Shown: positions 24,089 to 35,100 of the stretch, piece by piece
Numbering within the stretch: the first letter of the stretch is position 1
How the letters are laid out: each line of letters begins with the position of its first letter
Assembly: GCA_963709345.1 (NCBI GenBank)
Contig: CAVPVX010000007.1
Coordinates: forward strand, 352,001-416,000
Length of the DNA: 64,000 nucleotides
Direction of reading: 5' to 3'
DNA from: an uncultured Actinomycetes bacterium
GTDB taxonomy: Bacteria; Actinomycetota; Thermoleophilia; UBA2241
Program-made: the position numbers and the translations under genes
Notes under the pieces: generated by a model
Database searches by the model: none
Told to the model about the DNA's origin: nothing
Seen by the model: the letters and a program-made list of their open reading frames with translations, nothing else

Positions 24089-24691
24089 TCAGTACGGCGG
24101 GATTCCGTCGTACCACTCTCCGAGCCGGCGGAAGGCACGCCAGAAGCCGGCCTTGAGCCGCTGCTCGTCGAGCGAGGCGTCGATGTCCGGAGTGACGAGC
24201 ACCTCGGTGCCCGGCGTGAACTCCACGAGCTCGCCGGGCGTGTACTGCAGCTCCCTGGCCAGGGGGATCTGCGCCGCGCTCAGGGCGGCGACGGTCTCCT
24301 CCCCCATGGCGACGATGAGCTTGGGGTTCACGATGGCGAGCTCGCGACGCAGGTGGTCGATGCACTTGGCCTCCGGGTGCGCCTCGCGGACGTCACCGCA
24401 CTTCACGACGTTGGTGCCGTACAGCTGCAGAGGGTCGATCTTGAGGCGCTGGCAACTCTTCATGAGCGCCGTGCCGGCGCGGCCGAAGAAGGCCACTCCC
24501 TCGTGTTGTTCGGATGGACGCGCCTGGAACTTGAGCAGGAATATGTCGGCCATTGGATGGCCGGAGCCGATCACCGGCATCGTGCGCGCATGACGACACC
24601 TGGAACACCTGAGGATCTCGCCGGTCAGCTCGTTGGTCTCGCTGATGGCCCGGGTCAGATACTTGTCGTAGATCTCGTTGGGTTGCGCCAC
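24089..24691 (-). CDS. Uracil-DNA glycosylase family 4-like protein (degenerate active site)
   Basis: CSRC, GSGHPMAD, FFGRAG, TNVVKC, C..HLRREL.IVNPKLIVAMG. Confidence 0.8.
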   Translation of the reverse strand: MAQPNEIYDKYLTRAISETNELTGEILRCSRCRHARTMPVIGSGHPMADIFLLKFQARPSEQHEGVAFFGRAGTALMKSCQRLKIDPLQLYGTNVVKCGDVREAHPEAKCIDHLRRELAIVNPKLIVAMGEETVAALSAAQIPLARELQYTPGELVEFTPGTEVLVTPDIDASLDEQRLKAGFWRAFRRLGEWYDGIPPY

Positions 24692-24792
24692 GGGGACCTC
24701 GTTCCGGGGGTGCTGGCTAGGTAGTTCGCGCCGTGGCTGCGAACTCCTCGCGACGCCTGGGCAAATGCCGCTCAGGCCGGACCACCACGCTG

Positions 24793-26685
24793 CTACGCAG
24801 GAGGAACACCCTGCCCGGACTCCCTCGCGGAGCCGCTCATCGTCGTCTGGATGAGCTTCAGCGACTGCAGGTAGATGCGGCTTCGGGGCCGGCGCACGAT
24901 GCGGCTCTCGGCGAGAGCGCGGACGAAGTCGCCCGGGCCGTCGAAGTCGTCCATGCCACACAGAGCCGTGCCGATACCCTGGAGCACGTGCGCGTCACTG
25001 CCGGCGGCCGCCGGCAGGCGATACCGCTGGGCGAAGCGCTCAGCCTGTTCGTTGAAGCCGGGGAAGGCCAGCCGCGAGTTGAACACCTCGACGGCGTCGA
25101 TGTCGGCGACGGCGGCGCGCAGGATCGAGGGACCGGGGATGGTGTGCAGCCGGTCGAAGGGGTGAGGCACGTAGACCACGCCTCCCTGCTCCCTGATCGC
25201 GGCAACGGTCTCGGCGAACGTCATCCCGCCGGGTATCGTGCGCTCGAGAAAGAGCCCGATGACTTCGCCCTCGCTGGTCTTGACCTCCTCGCCGACGATG
25301 ACCCTGACCCCGTAGCGACCGGCGAGTTCGCGCGCCTCCAGCCCTCCGGCGACGCTGTCGTGGTCGGTGATCGCCACCACATCCAGCCCGACCTCCCGGG
25401 CGCGCTCGAGGATGTCGGCGACGGGCATCGTGCAGTCCTTGCTGTGATGCGAGTGGATGTGAAAGTCGGCGAAGATCTCGCGCTGCTGGCGGCGGCGGCG
25501 CGGCAAAGGGTGACGGCGGCGGCCGGCGACCTCGGTGTAGACGTCCTCGATGTCGCCGGCGACCCGCTCCCAGTCGTAGCGTCGCACCGTCCGCAGCGCC
25601 TCCGCCGAGAGCCGCCGCCGCAGGGCGTCGTCGTCGATCAGCCGGGTGAGCGCCGCGGCGAGCGCCCGGACGTCCCGTGGGCGAACGAGAAGGCCGTCGC
25701 TCCCGTCGTCGATGACCTCGTCGTAGCCACGGATCCGCGAGGCGACGACCGCGGCTCCGGACGCCATCGCCTCGAGCAGCGCGACACCCGCCGTCTCGGG
25801 GCCGAGCGACGGCGAGCAGAAGACGTCGGCGCGGCGCAGGAGGCCGGCCACGTCCTCTTGAGGGAGTCTCCCGTGAAATCGCACCCGGTCCTCCCAGCCC
25901 GGCGGCACCAGGCGCGCGTACCGGCGCTCCTGGGCGTCGTTGCCGCACACGTCGAGCGTCACTCCCCCGTGGTCGCTCATGAGCCGCAGGGCGCGCAGCA
26001 GGACGCCCAGCCCCTTGCGCCGCTCCTCGCCGCCCGTGAACGCGAGGCGCAGCGGGCCGTCGGTCACGGCGCCGGAAGGCCGGAACCGGTCGAGATCGAC
26101 GCCGGCGGGGATCACACGGTAGGCGCCGGGGAACGTGGCCGCGGCGATATCTCGCACGGCCGCCGACGACGCGATCGCCGCGTCGAGCGAGTCGAAGAGC
26201 CGCTGCAACTGCGGCCGCGTCGACCAGAACGGCCGCATGCGCTCGGGGTTGGCGTGGAACGTCGCGACGAGCGGGCAGCCGGCGTGCCGGAGGGTCGACC
26301 AGCCCAGGCCCGGCACGAAGGGCTCGTTCAGGTGCAGAAGGTCGAAGTCCTCGGCGCCGAGCAGGACGTCGATGTTGGCGATGAGGTCCGACGGGGCCGC
26401 GATGAGACTCAGCGCGCGGCTCTCGCGCACCGCGTAGGTCGCGCCGGCGAAGAAGAAGCGCGGGTACGGCTCGTCCGGCAGGAACAGCGTGTCACGCTCG
26501 CCGGTGAGCACCGCTCTCACCCGGCGCTGCGCCTCCTCGACCGCCAGCCGGTCGGCGTTCGGCGCTATGACCGTGACGCGATGGCCGCGGACGGTGAGCC
26601 GCCCGGCCAGCGCCAGGACCTGGCGATTGACCGGAGAGGGCGTCGTCCACAGAAACGGGGTGAGGATGCCCAGCGTGAGTCCCAT
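24793..26685 (-). CDS. GT4 glycosyltransferase (PimA-like) fused to a PHP domain
   Basis: FDLLHLNEP, VATFH, RRKG, E-x7-E (ETAGVALLE). C-terminal DFHIHSHHS, ITDHD, GEEV, HPFD, GSDAH. Confidence 0.88.
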   Translation of the reverse strand: MGLTLGILTPFLWTTPSPVNRQVLALAGRLTVRGHRVTVIAPNADRLAVEEAQRRVRAVLTGERDTLFLPDEPYPRFFFAGATYAVRESRALSLIAAPSDLIANIDVLLGAEDFDLLHLNEPFVPGLGWSTLRHAGCPLVATFHANPERMRPFWSTRPQLQRLFDSLDAAIASSAAVRDIAAATFPGAYRVIPAGVDLDRFRPSGAVTDGPLRLAFTGGEERRKGLGVLLRALRLMSDHGGVTLDVCGNDAQERRYARLVPPGWEDRVRFHGRLPQEDVAGLLRRADVFCSPSLGPETAGVALLEAMASGAAVVASRIRGYDEVIDDGSDGLLVRPRDVRALAAALTRLIDDDALRRRLSAEALRTVRRYDWERVAGDIEDVYTEVAGRRRHPLPRRRRQQREIFADFHIHSHHSKDCTMPVADILERAREVGLDVVAITDHDSVAGGLEARELAGRYGVRVIVGEEVKTSEGEVIGLFLERTIPGGMTFAETVAAIREQGGVVYVPHPFDRLHTIPGPSILRAAVADIDAVEVFNSRLAFPGFNEQAERFAQRYRLPAAAGSDAHVLQGIGTALCGMDDFDGPGDFVRALAESRIVRRPRSRIYLQSLKLIQTTMSGSARESGQGVPPA

Positions 26686-26814
26686 GCCGGTCACATGCTA
26701 CCCCAGCCGGGCGCCCGGGAGGGCGCGCGCCGGCAGCGCCACCCGCCCGGCGGTGACGACACGCCGGGGCCGTTGTGATGCGGGAAACCCTCTGCGCGCA
26801 CGTCGCGCCCGAGG

Positions 26815-27918
<1,104 letters not shown>

Positions 27919-28095
27919 GGTCGATCTACCTCCACTGGCTGCGGCCGCAGTGGCGACCGCTCAATCGGGGGCCCGAAGCAGGGCGCACAGGCTGCTCCCG
28001 CGGGGCTCAAGATAACGCGCGAGAGTATATCATGCAGCCGCGATGGCAACGTCGGCGCGCCGTGGCGTCGACGGGACGCCGCCTCGCGGCTCCGC

Positions 28096-28731
28096 TCAGC
28101 CGCCACCCTCCACGTGCTGCTCCTCACGCCGCAGCTTGCGCAGCACGTGGACCATGCGGTGACCGACGGTCAGCGTGGTCAGCGCCGCGAGGAGATACAG
28201 CATCCACACGAGGAAGCTGCTACCGCCTATCTGCCACCAGGAGAACAGGAAGCCCAAACCGAGCCCGACGAGACGCTCCGGCCGTGACATGAAGCCCACC
28301 TTGCAGTCCACGCCGAGCGCTTCGGCGCGAGCGCGGGTGTAGGAGACCATCTGCGAAGCCCCCATGAACACCAGGGCGGCGATCGTGGGTCCCCACTGCT
28401 CCTCACGCACGAAGTACACGACGAGAGCCGAGGAGATCATCAACTCCGAGACACGGTCGGTCGTCGAGTCGAGAAAGGCGCCCGCCCGCGTCGACCCGAC
28501 GCCGGCGCGCGCGACGGCGCCGTCGAGAGCGTCGCAGATCGCCGCCACGGCGCCGACGAGCACCGCCCAGCCGAAGTGGCCTGTCACGATCAGGGGCAGG
28601 CCGCCGATCTGCAGCAGCAGGCCGAATACCGTGAGCATGTCGGCGGTCACGCCGGCGTGCGCCAAGACGATCCCGAGCTTGAAGAACCCGCGGCGGGCGC
28701 CGTCGGTGTAGCGCGTCTTGAGGTTCGTCAC
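28096..28731 (-). CDS. pgsA: CDP-alcohol phosphatidyltransferase (phosphatidylinositol phosphate synthase)
   Basis: DALDGAVAR...GAFLDSTTDR, SYTRARAE, GFMSRPER, adjacent to ino1. Confidence 0.88.
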   Translation of the reverse strand: MTNLKTRYTDGARRGFFKLGIVLAHAGVTADMLTVFGLLLQIGGLPLIVTGHFGWAVLVGAVAAICDALDGAVARAGVGSTRAGAFLDSTTDRVSELMISSALVVYFVREEQWGPTIAALVFMGASQMVSYTRARAEALGVDCKVGFMSRPERLVGLGLGFLFSWWQIGGSSFLVWMLYLLAALTTLTVGHRMVHVLRKLRREEQHVEGGG

Positions 28732-28732
28732 G

Positions 28733-29527
28733 TCAGCCGTCGCGCTCGCGCACGGTGAGCGGCGAGGACTGGGTGACGGCGCTCGGCTGCACGTTCTCGG
28801 CGAACGCCCAGGCAGCCAGCACAACGAGACCCCCGGCCACCGCATCGATGATGAAGTGATTGCCGGTGGCGATGATCGCGACCAGGACGATGAACGCGTA
28901 CGAGAAGCCGAGGACGCTCAGCCAGCGCTCGCGGCCGAGCGCGCAGAGAGCGATGGCGATGAAGAGCGCGTAGCCGAAGTGCAGGCTCGGCATGGCCGCG
29001 AACGGGTTGGCCAGCAGCCCGCCCTCGAGGATCTGCTCACGCACGCCCTGAAGGAAGTTGATGTCGGCGACGCCGGATGTGAAGATCATGCGCGGCGGCG
29101 CCGTCGGCAGCAGGGCGAACGCGATCACGGCGATGAAGTTCATGGCGAGAAACCAGTTGCGGTAGAGCGACCAGTGGCTGCGCCGCTGCGTGAAGATCCA
29201 CACCATGGTGCCGATGATGAGCGGCAGGTGCAGGTTGGCGTAGATCCAGACGAGGGACGTCATGAGCGGCTCGACCGCGCTGATCCGCCCCTGGATCCAC
29301 GGCTCCCACCAGATGCCAAGGGCCTTCTCCAGATTCATGAAGTAGACACCGTTGGCGATGGCGACGGCCTCGCGCCCCTGGGCGAGAGCCCTGGACACGT
29401 CGTAGGCCGCGTAGCAGGCGACCATGATCATGCCTTGGCGGAGCACGTCTTCCCCGCCCCGCGGGGCAAGAGAGAATCTAGCGTCATTGAGAAGACGACC
29501 GACCGCAGGCCCGAGGCGCAAACTCAC
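28733..29527 (-). CDS. PAP2 superfamily membrane protein (AUR1/IPC synthase-like)
   Basis: PTAPPR, NPFAAMPSLHFG, TGNHFIID, multiple TM helices. Confidence 0.85.
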   Translation of the reverse strand: MSLRLGPAVGRLLNDARFSLAPRGGEDVLRQGMIMVACYAAYDVSRALAQGREAVAIANGVYFMNLEKALGIWWEPWIQGRISAVEPLMTSLVWIYANLHLPLIIGTMVWIFTQRRSHWSLYRNWFLAMNFIAVIAFALLPTAPPRMIFTSGVADINFLQGVREQILEGGLLANPFAAMPSLHFGYALFIAIALCALGRERWLSVLGFSYAFIVLVAIIATGNHFIIDAVAGGLVVLAAWAFAENVQPSAVTQSSPLTVRERDG

Positions 29528-29644
29528 CCTCTCCGTCCTCCCGTCAGGTAGGCGTCTTGAGCAGGCACCCACAACTGAGAAACGATACCAGAGCCATGGG
29601 GACGCGGGCAACTGATTCAGAGGAGGCGCGTGTGCGTGTAATGA

Positions 29645-29720
29645 TGGTGGGCCGTGAAGGATTCGAACCTTCGACCTTGGGATTAAGAGTCCCCTGCTCT
29701 ACCAACTAAGCTAACGGCCC
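29645..29720 (-). tRNA. tRNA-Lys(CTT)
   Basis: GGGCCGTTAGCTTAGTTGGTAGAGCAGGGGACTCTTAATCCC...GGTTCGAATCC...CCA cloverleaf. Confidence 0.97.
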
Positions 29721-29776
29721 ACGCGGGACGAGGCGATATGGTACCAGCCGGCCGCGGTCTTGCCAAACGCCCGACC

Positions 29777-30007
29777 TCAGCCGCCGAAGACGTGCCGCCC
29801 CGCCACCTCGTAGCCCTCGGCGGCCACGGCCGCTTCGATGCTCTCGAGCGGGACTGTGGTGGCATCGAAGTCCACCGCCACGGTCTTCTCGCCCACGTCG
29901 ACCAGCGCCGCCTCCACCCCGTCCAGGGCGCTCAGAGCCGACTCGATCGCCATCTTGCAGTGGTCGCACGATACCGACGGAACGTTGAGCACGACGCGCG
30001 TGGCCAT
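29777..30007 (-). CDS. copZ: Heavy-metal (copper) chaperone CopZ-like
   Basis: VSCDHC HMA motif, EGYEV, 76 aa. Confidence 0.88.
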   Translation of the reverse strand: MATRVVLNVPSVSCDHCKMAIESALSALDGVEAALVDVGEKTVAVDFDATTVPLESIEAAVAAEGYEVAGRHVFGG

Positions 30008-30009
30008 CG

Positions 30010-30825
30010 TTATCCCTTTCCTTCTGCCGCCGGCGACCCCAGCTCGTCCAGCCGGAAGGTCGCCGAGCGTCCTTCGCCGAAGTCGACGGTGACGCTGTCG
30101 ACGGGCGCCAGCAGGTCGATGACCTTACCTTCCCCGGAAGGCGTGCGAACGATAGCGCCACGCTTGGGCGCCCGCTTCCGGAACGAGACGTAGACCTGAT
30201 GCTCGTACTTGAGACAGCACATGAGGCGGCCGCAACAGCCGGAGATCTTGGTCGGGTTGAGCGGCAGGTTCTGGTCTTTCGCCATGCGGATGGATACGGG
30301 CTCCTGGTCCCCGGCGAAGGTGGCGCAGCACAAGCTGCGCCCGCAGGGACCGAAGCCGCCGACGATACGCGACTCGTCACGGGCGCTGACCTGCTTGAGT
30401 TCCACGCGCCGCCCAAGGCGGTCGCTGAGCTTGCCTACCAGTTCCCTGAAGTCGACGCGTTCCTCCGCGAAGAACGTGATCGTCAGCTTGGGGCTGTCGA
30501 AGGCCTGGCGAGCGTCGACGACCTTCATGTCGAGCCGCAACTCGGCGGCCAGGCGGCGGCACTCGGCCTTGGCCTCGAGCTCCGCCCCACGATGTGAGGC
30601 GATGGCCTCGAGATCGCCGGCGGTCGCCTTGCGCACGACGCGCTTGAGGCCACGCGGGGCGGCTTCGGAGGCGACGCCGTCCGGCCCCTTGACGAGCCTG
30701 CCGAAGTCGGCGCCGCGCGTCGTCTCGACGACGACGCCGTCGCCCACGGCGAGCTCGAGGTCGCCGGCGTTGAACTTGTAGACCCTGCCGCCGCCGCGAA
30801 ACACGACGCTCGCGATCCTAGGCAC
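30010..30825 (-). CDS. ricT: PSP1 domain protein (RicT/YaaT)
   Basis: RVDFRELV, GPCGRSLCC, SIRMAKDQNL, ISGCCGRLMCCLKYE, downstream of holB. Confidence 0.9.
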   Translation of the reverse strand: MPRIASVVFRGGGRVYKFNAGDLELAVGDGVVVETTRGADFGRLVKGPDGVASEAAPRGLKRVVRKATAGDLEAIASHRGAELEAKAECRRLAAELRLDMKVVDARQAFDSPKLTITFFAEERVDFRELVGKLSDRLGRRVELKQVSARDESRIVGGFGPCGRSLCCATFAGDQEPVSIRMAKDQNLPLNPTKISGCCGRLMCCLKYEHQVYVSFRKRAPKRGAIVRTPSGEGKVIDLLAPVDSVTVDFGEGRSATFRLDELGSPAAEGKG

Positions 30826-31951
30826 TGTCTGAGACCTCCTCGAAGCGCGCGAACACAGCGAGCAGCGCGAGCTTCTGGTCGACGTTCAGGTAAAGATCCT
30901 TGCGCGTCCGAGCGGCGATGCCGAGAAGCCGTGCATAGTGCTCCGGCGTCGCCACGGCTGCGGAGACGACTTCATCCCCGCGGTCGCTGTTCCAGAGTAC
31001 ATCGGTTGCCCCGGATGCGACCACCCAGAGGTCCCGGACCCAGGCTGTGAGAAGGTCGAGAGCGTCCAGCGCGGCGAGACGCCGCAACCGTCTCTCGTCC
31101 CGCTTCGCGCGCTCTTCGGCCCGACTCGAGTACCACTTCAGATCCTTCGGATCCTGGAACTGCTGCTCCAGGGCCGTGCTGGCCACGGTCAGCTCCTTCG
31201 CGACGGCTTCGGAGATCCCGGCCTGCTGGTCGTCGAGAACGCCGATGAAGGCGGCGGCCGGCTCTCGACCCTCACCCGGCCGCGCCCCGGCGAAGAACGC
31301 CGCCGCGTGTCTCAGGTACTCCTGGCGACGCCGTGGTCCCTCCGCGTCGGCGACCAGCCTGGAGGCCCGCTCCACGGCGCCGCGGGACAGCCGCGCGAGC
31401 GCCTCGGCGGCGGCGTCGTCCAGGCCGTGCCGCCTCTGCAGGTGCGCGCGCAGCACGGCGTCGCTCACCGGGCCGAACTCGACGGTCTGACAGCGCGAGA
31501 CGATGGTCGACAGCACACGCTCGAGCCGGTCGGTCTCGAGCAGGAAGACGACGTAGGGCGGCGGTTCCTCGATGCTCTTGAGCAGCTTGTTGGCGGCCGC
31601 CGGGTGGAGGTGCTCGACCCCGGGAATGACCCAGACACGATGTGCGGCCGCGAACGGCTTGAGGCTGAGGTCGGCGATCAGCGGCTTGATCTGCTCGACG
31701 CGATACACGTCGCCCTCGCGCTCCAGCACGTGCAGGTCCGGATGCACCCCGCGCCGCGCCCGCTCGCACTCGGCACAGGCGCCGCAGCCGCCGCACGGCG
31801 AGACCAGAGCGGCGCCGAGTTCCGTGGCGAACGCCGTCTTGCCCAGCCCCTCGGGGCCGGCCAGAAGATACGCGTGGCTCAGCGTGCCGTCGCGCAGCAC
31901 TCGCGCGAAGAACTCCTTCGCGCGCTCCTGCCCGGGCGTGCCCTCGAACAT
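30818..31951 (-). CDS. holB: DNA polymerase III delta' subunit
   Basis: HAYLLAGPEGLGK, CGGCGACAEC, HPD, AANKLLKSIEEPP, TIVSRC. Confidence 0.92.
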   Translation of the reverse strand: MFEGTPGQERAKEFFARVLRDGTLSHAYLLAGPEGLGKTAFATELGAALVSPCGGCGACAECERARRGVHPDLHVLEREGDVYRVEQIKPLIADLSLKPFAAAHRVWVIPGVEHLHPAAANKLLKSIEEPPPYVVFLLETDRLERVLSTIVSRCQTVEFGPVSDAVLRAHLQRRHGLDDAAAEALARLSRGAVERASRLVADAEGPRRRQEYLRHAAAFFAGARPGEGREPAAAFIGVLDDQQAGISEAVAKELTVASTALEQQFQDPKDLKWYSSRAEERAKRDERRLRRLAALDALDLLTAWVRDLWVVASGATDVLWNSDRGDEVVSAAVATPEHYARLLGIAARTRKDLYLNVDQKLALLAVFARFEEVSDSA

Positions 31952-31961
31952 GCCGGACTCC

Positions 31962-32678
31962 TCAGTCGCCGAGCCGCAGACCGGCGTCGGCTATCGCGTC
32001 GAGAGCCGCCGCCTCCACGTCTGCCGCGATCAGGCCCACGTCGCGGAAGCCGTCGACGAGGCGCACGCGCTCGGGGAACCGCCGCGACAGCGCGGCGAAG
32101 CCGGCGGCGACGCGCTGCTGGAGTTCCAGCCCCTCGGCCTCGATGCGGTCCGGGGCACCGCCGGCGCGCGCCAGACCCACGACCGGGTCGACGTCGATCA
32201 CCAGCGTGAGATCAGGGAGCACGCCCTGCAGCCCGGGCCCGTTGGCGGCGAGCACCTCGTCGACGCCCAGCCCGCGGGCGAACCCCTGGTACGCGAGCGA
32301 TGAGTCGACGTACCGGTCGACGACCAGCACGCGGCCGGCGTCCAGCTCGGGTCGCAGGACCGCCGCGACGAGCTGCGCCCGTGCGGCGGCATACAGGAGG
32401 GCCTCCGTCCAGGGCGCAAGCGGCGCCGTGCCGTCCAGAAGGATCCCTCGGATGGCCTCACCGGCCGGGGTGCCTCCGGGTTCGCGGATCACGACGCCCG
32501 GGGCGTCCGACGGGCCGACGGGGAGACCGCAGGCGACGAGACGCTCGCAGAGCAGCGCCGCCTGCGTGCTCTTGCCGCAACCGTCGCAGCCTTCGAGGCT
32601 GATGAGAACGCCTCTGCGCTCGCGGAAGGATGCGGCCGCGCCGCCCCTCTCGTCGGACCTGCTGCGTCGCTCGCTCAT
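31962..32678 (-). CDS. tmk: Thymidylate kinase
   Basis: EGCDGCGKSTQ, REPGGT, DRYVDSSLAYQG. Confidence 0.95.
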   Translation of the reverse strand: MSERRSRSDERGGAAASFRERRGVLISLEGCDGCGKSTQAALLCERLVACGLPVGPSDAPGVVIREPGGTPAGEAIRGILLDGTAPLAPWTEALLYAAARAQLVAAVLRPELDAGRVLVVDRYVDSSLAYQGFARGLGVDEVLAANGPGLQGVLPDLTLVIDVDPVVGLARAGGAPDRIEAEGLELQQRVAAGFAALSRRFPERVRLVDGFRDVGLIAADVEAAALDAIADAGLRLGD

Positions 32679-32742
32679 GTCGTTCTCCTCCGCGAGCCGG
32701 CGCGAGCGGCGCCGGCGGCGACTACCGCCGGTTCGCTCGCGC

Positions 32743-35007
32743 TCAGTCTGCCTTCTTCGCCTTGGCGCGGGCGCGGTACTTCTCCTTGCTCGGACAGTCG
32801 ATGTCCACGCAGAGCACCCAGGGCCGGCCGCGACCGCCGCCGCCGACCACCTTGATCTCGGGCCAGCCGCACTCGCCGCAGGCCTTGCCGGTCGGGACGA
32901 TGGTCCCGCGCTGCGGCAGCGGGAACGTCTGGCCGCAGCCGCGTCGCGGGCGTTCGCCCTCGGCCGGCGGCGGCGCGGGCGCCTCGCCTTCCTTGCCGAC
33001 GCACGCGGCGAAGCGCTTGCCCGTCTTGCCGCGCATCACGCGCAACTGGCCGCCGCAGTTCTTGCAGACGCCCAGGGTGAGGTCTTCGCGCACGCCGCTC
33101 TTGATGCGGTCGCGGATGTCGTCGATGTGGCCGTTCAGCAGCTTCCACGCCTGCTCGAGCATCTCCTGGCTTTCGGCGACTACCTCCGAGCGGCTGAGCT
33201 CACCCTCGCTGATGCGGTCCATCTGGCGCTCGATCTCCGCGGTCATCTCGGTCGAGGAGATGTCGACGGGCGCCTTCTCCATCGCGGCGTCGAACGCGGC
33301 GATGAGCGCCATGCCGAGCTCGGTCGGTTCCACGGGGTTGTCGCGCACGTAGTTGCGGTCGTAGAGGTGTTGGATGATATCGGCGCGCGTCGCCTTGGTC
33401 CCCAGGCCGAGATCCTCCATCTTCTCGATGAGCTTGCCCTGGCCGTACCGCCCCGGAGGCTGCGTCTCCTTGCTCTCGCTGTGCAGGTCGCGCACCGCGA
33501 GCGTGTCGCCCACGGCCAGCTTGGGGAGCGGCCGCTCGCGCTTGGCGGCGAACTTCTCGTAGACCTCGAGGTAGCCGGGCTCGGCCACGCGGCTGCCGCG
33601 CGCCAGGAAGGGCTCGACGCCGACGCGGAAGTCGACACGCTGACCCTCGATCACGGCGGCCGGGAGCAGCGTCGCCAGGAAGCGACGCACGACCAGGTCG
33701 TAGACCTTGGCCTGGTCGCCGCTGAGCTCCTTCGCGGGCACGCCGACGGGGTAGATCGGCGGGTGGTCGGTGGTGCGCTTCTTGCCTCTGCTTGGCGTGT
33801 ACCTGTCCTGCCTGGCGAGACGCGCGGCGGTAGCAGCGACGGGCTGCCAGCCGGCGAGAGCCTCGAGGCTGCCGCGCAGGTCGAGCGATGGCGGATAGAC
33901 CGTGTTGTCGGTACGCGGGTAGCTGACGAGGCCGTCGAGGTACAGCGACTCGGCGGCGCGCATCGCCCGTGCCGGCGTGATGCCGGCGCCGGACGACGCG
34001 CTCATGAGCGCGGTCGTGTTGAACGGCGGCGGCGGCGAATCCTTGCGCGGCTTGGCCTCGTACGCCGTCACCTCGGCGGTCTCGGCCGCAGCTCCGGCGA
34101 GCGCCGCTTCCATCGTCTCGAGGGTGTCGAAGCGGCCCTTGGCGTGCGCCGCCTCGACGACGTCCTCGCCGTGAGCCAACGTAGCTTTGATCTCCCAATA
34201 CGGCACCGGCACGAATGCGCGTCGCTCCAGTTCGCGGTCGACGATCAGGCGGAGCGTCGGCGACTGCACGCGGCCCACCGAGAGGTAGTCCGACCCGTAG
34301 CGATACGACGCCAGCGACATGAACCGAGTGAGCACGGCCCCCCAGATGAGGTCGATGTCCTGCCGGGAGTGCGCCGCCTCTGCGAGGTTGAAGTCGACGG
34401 TCGACGGCTTGGCGAACGCGGCATTCACCTCTTCGGGGGTGAGTGCGGAGTACCGGATGCGGACGTGCCGGTCGACGACCGCCGCAGGAAGCATCGGCTT
34501 CACGTGCGGGTCGCCCGGCACGGCCGGCTCGGGAGGCGGCGGCGTAGTGCTGCCCTTCTTCGCCCGTTTCTTCTTCTCCGGCTTGTCCCCGGGGTTGTGC
34601 TTGAGGGCGTCGCCGCGCAGGATCTCGATCGCCTCATGGCCGATGAGCTCGCCTTCGCGGTCGTAGTCGGTGGCTATCACCAGGTCGGTGGCGCCCTTGG
34701 CCACCGCGCGCAGGGCGGCCAGCGTGCCGGCGGCGCCGCCGTCGACCACCCAGGCCAAGCCGGGGTTCTCGATCATGTCGCCCAGATACTTGAGGCTCCA
34801 GCGACGATAGGTGTTCGGGAACACGGTCTCCATGACGTGACCGCGCAGACCGATGGCCACGGCATCGTCGCCCTCGAGGGTGAAGTGGTACGAGCGGACC
34901 TTCTGGCGCCCGCGGCCGTGCTCCTTGACGGAGGGCCTGCCGCCGAGGATCTCGGCGATCTTTCTGGCGGCTGAGTCTTTTTCTGTGACGATGAGCTTCA
35001 CGAGCAC
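32743..35007 (-). CDS. topA: Type IA DNA topoisomerase (archaeal TopA-like)
   Basis: TEK, ATDYDREGE, SVGRVQSPTL, SYPRTD active Tyr, DHPPIYP, GLGTKATR, C-terminal Cys zinc ribbons. Confidence 0.93.
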   Translation of the reverse strand: MLVKLIVTEKDSAARKIAEILGGRPSVKEHGRGRQKVRSYHFTLEGDDAVAIGLRGHVMETVFPNTYRRWSLKYLGDMIENPGLAWVVDGGAAGTLAALRAVAKGATDLVIATDYDREGELIGHEAIEILRGDALKHNPGDKPEKKKRAKKGSTTPPPPEPAVPGDPHVKPMLPAAVVDRHVRIRYSALTPEEVNAAFAKPSTVDFNLAEAAHSRQDIDLIWGAVLTRFMSLASYRYGSDYLSVGRVQSPTLRLIVDRELERRAFVPVPYWEIKATLAHGEDVVEAAHAKGRFDTLETMEAALAGAAAETAEVTAYEAKPRKDSPPPPFNTTALMSASSGAGITPARAMRAAESLYLDGLVSYPRTDNTVYPPSLDLRGSLEALAGWQPVAATAARLARQDRYTPSRGKKRTTDHPPIYPVGVPAKELSGDQAKVYDLVVRRFLATLLPAAVIEGQRVDFRVGVEPFLARGSRVAEPGYLEVYEKFAAKRERPLPKLAVGDTLAVRDLHSESKETQPPGRYGQGKLIEKMEDLGLGTKATRADIIQHLYDRNYVRDNPVEPTELGMALIAAFDAAMEKAPVDISSTEMTAEIERQMDRISEGELSRSEVVAESQEMLEQAWKLLNGHIDDIRDRIKSGVREDLTLGVCKNCGGQLRVMRGKTGKRFAACVGKEGEAPAPPPAEGERPRRGCGQTFPLPQRGTIVPTGKACGECGWPEIKVVGGGGRGRPWVLCVDIDCPSKEKYRARAKAKKAD

Positions 35008-35100
35008 CTCATGGAGTCGCGACGGAGTCGACCCGGACTGGGAGGGTTAATACCACCTGACGAACCTGGACGTCGAGATGACGTTTGCCGCTGAACGCCC

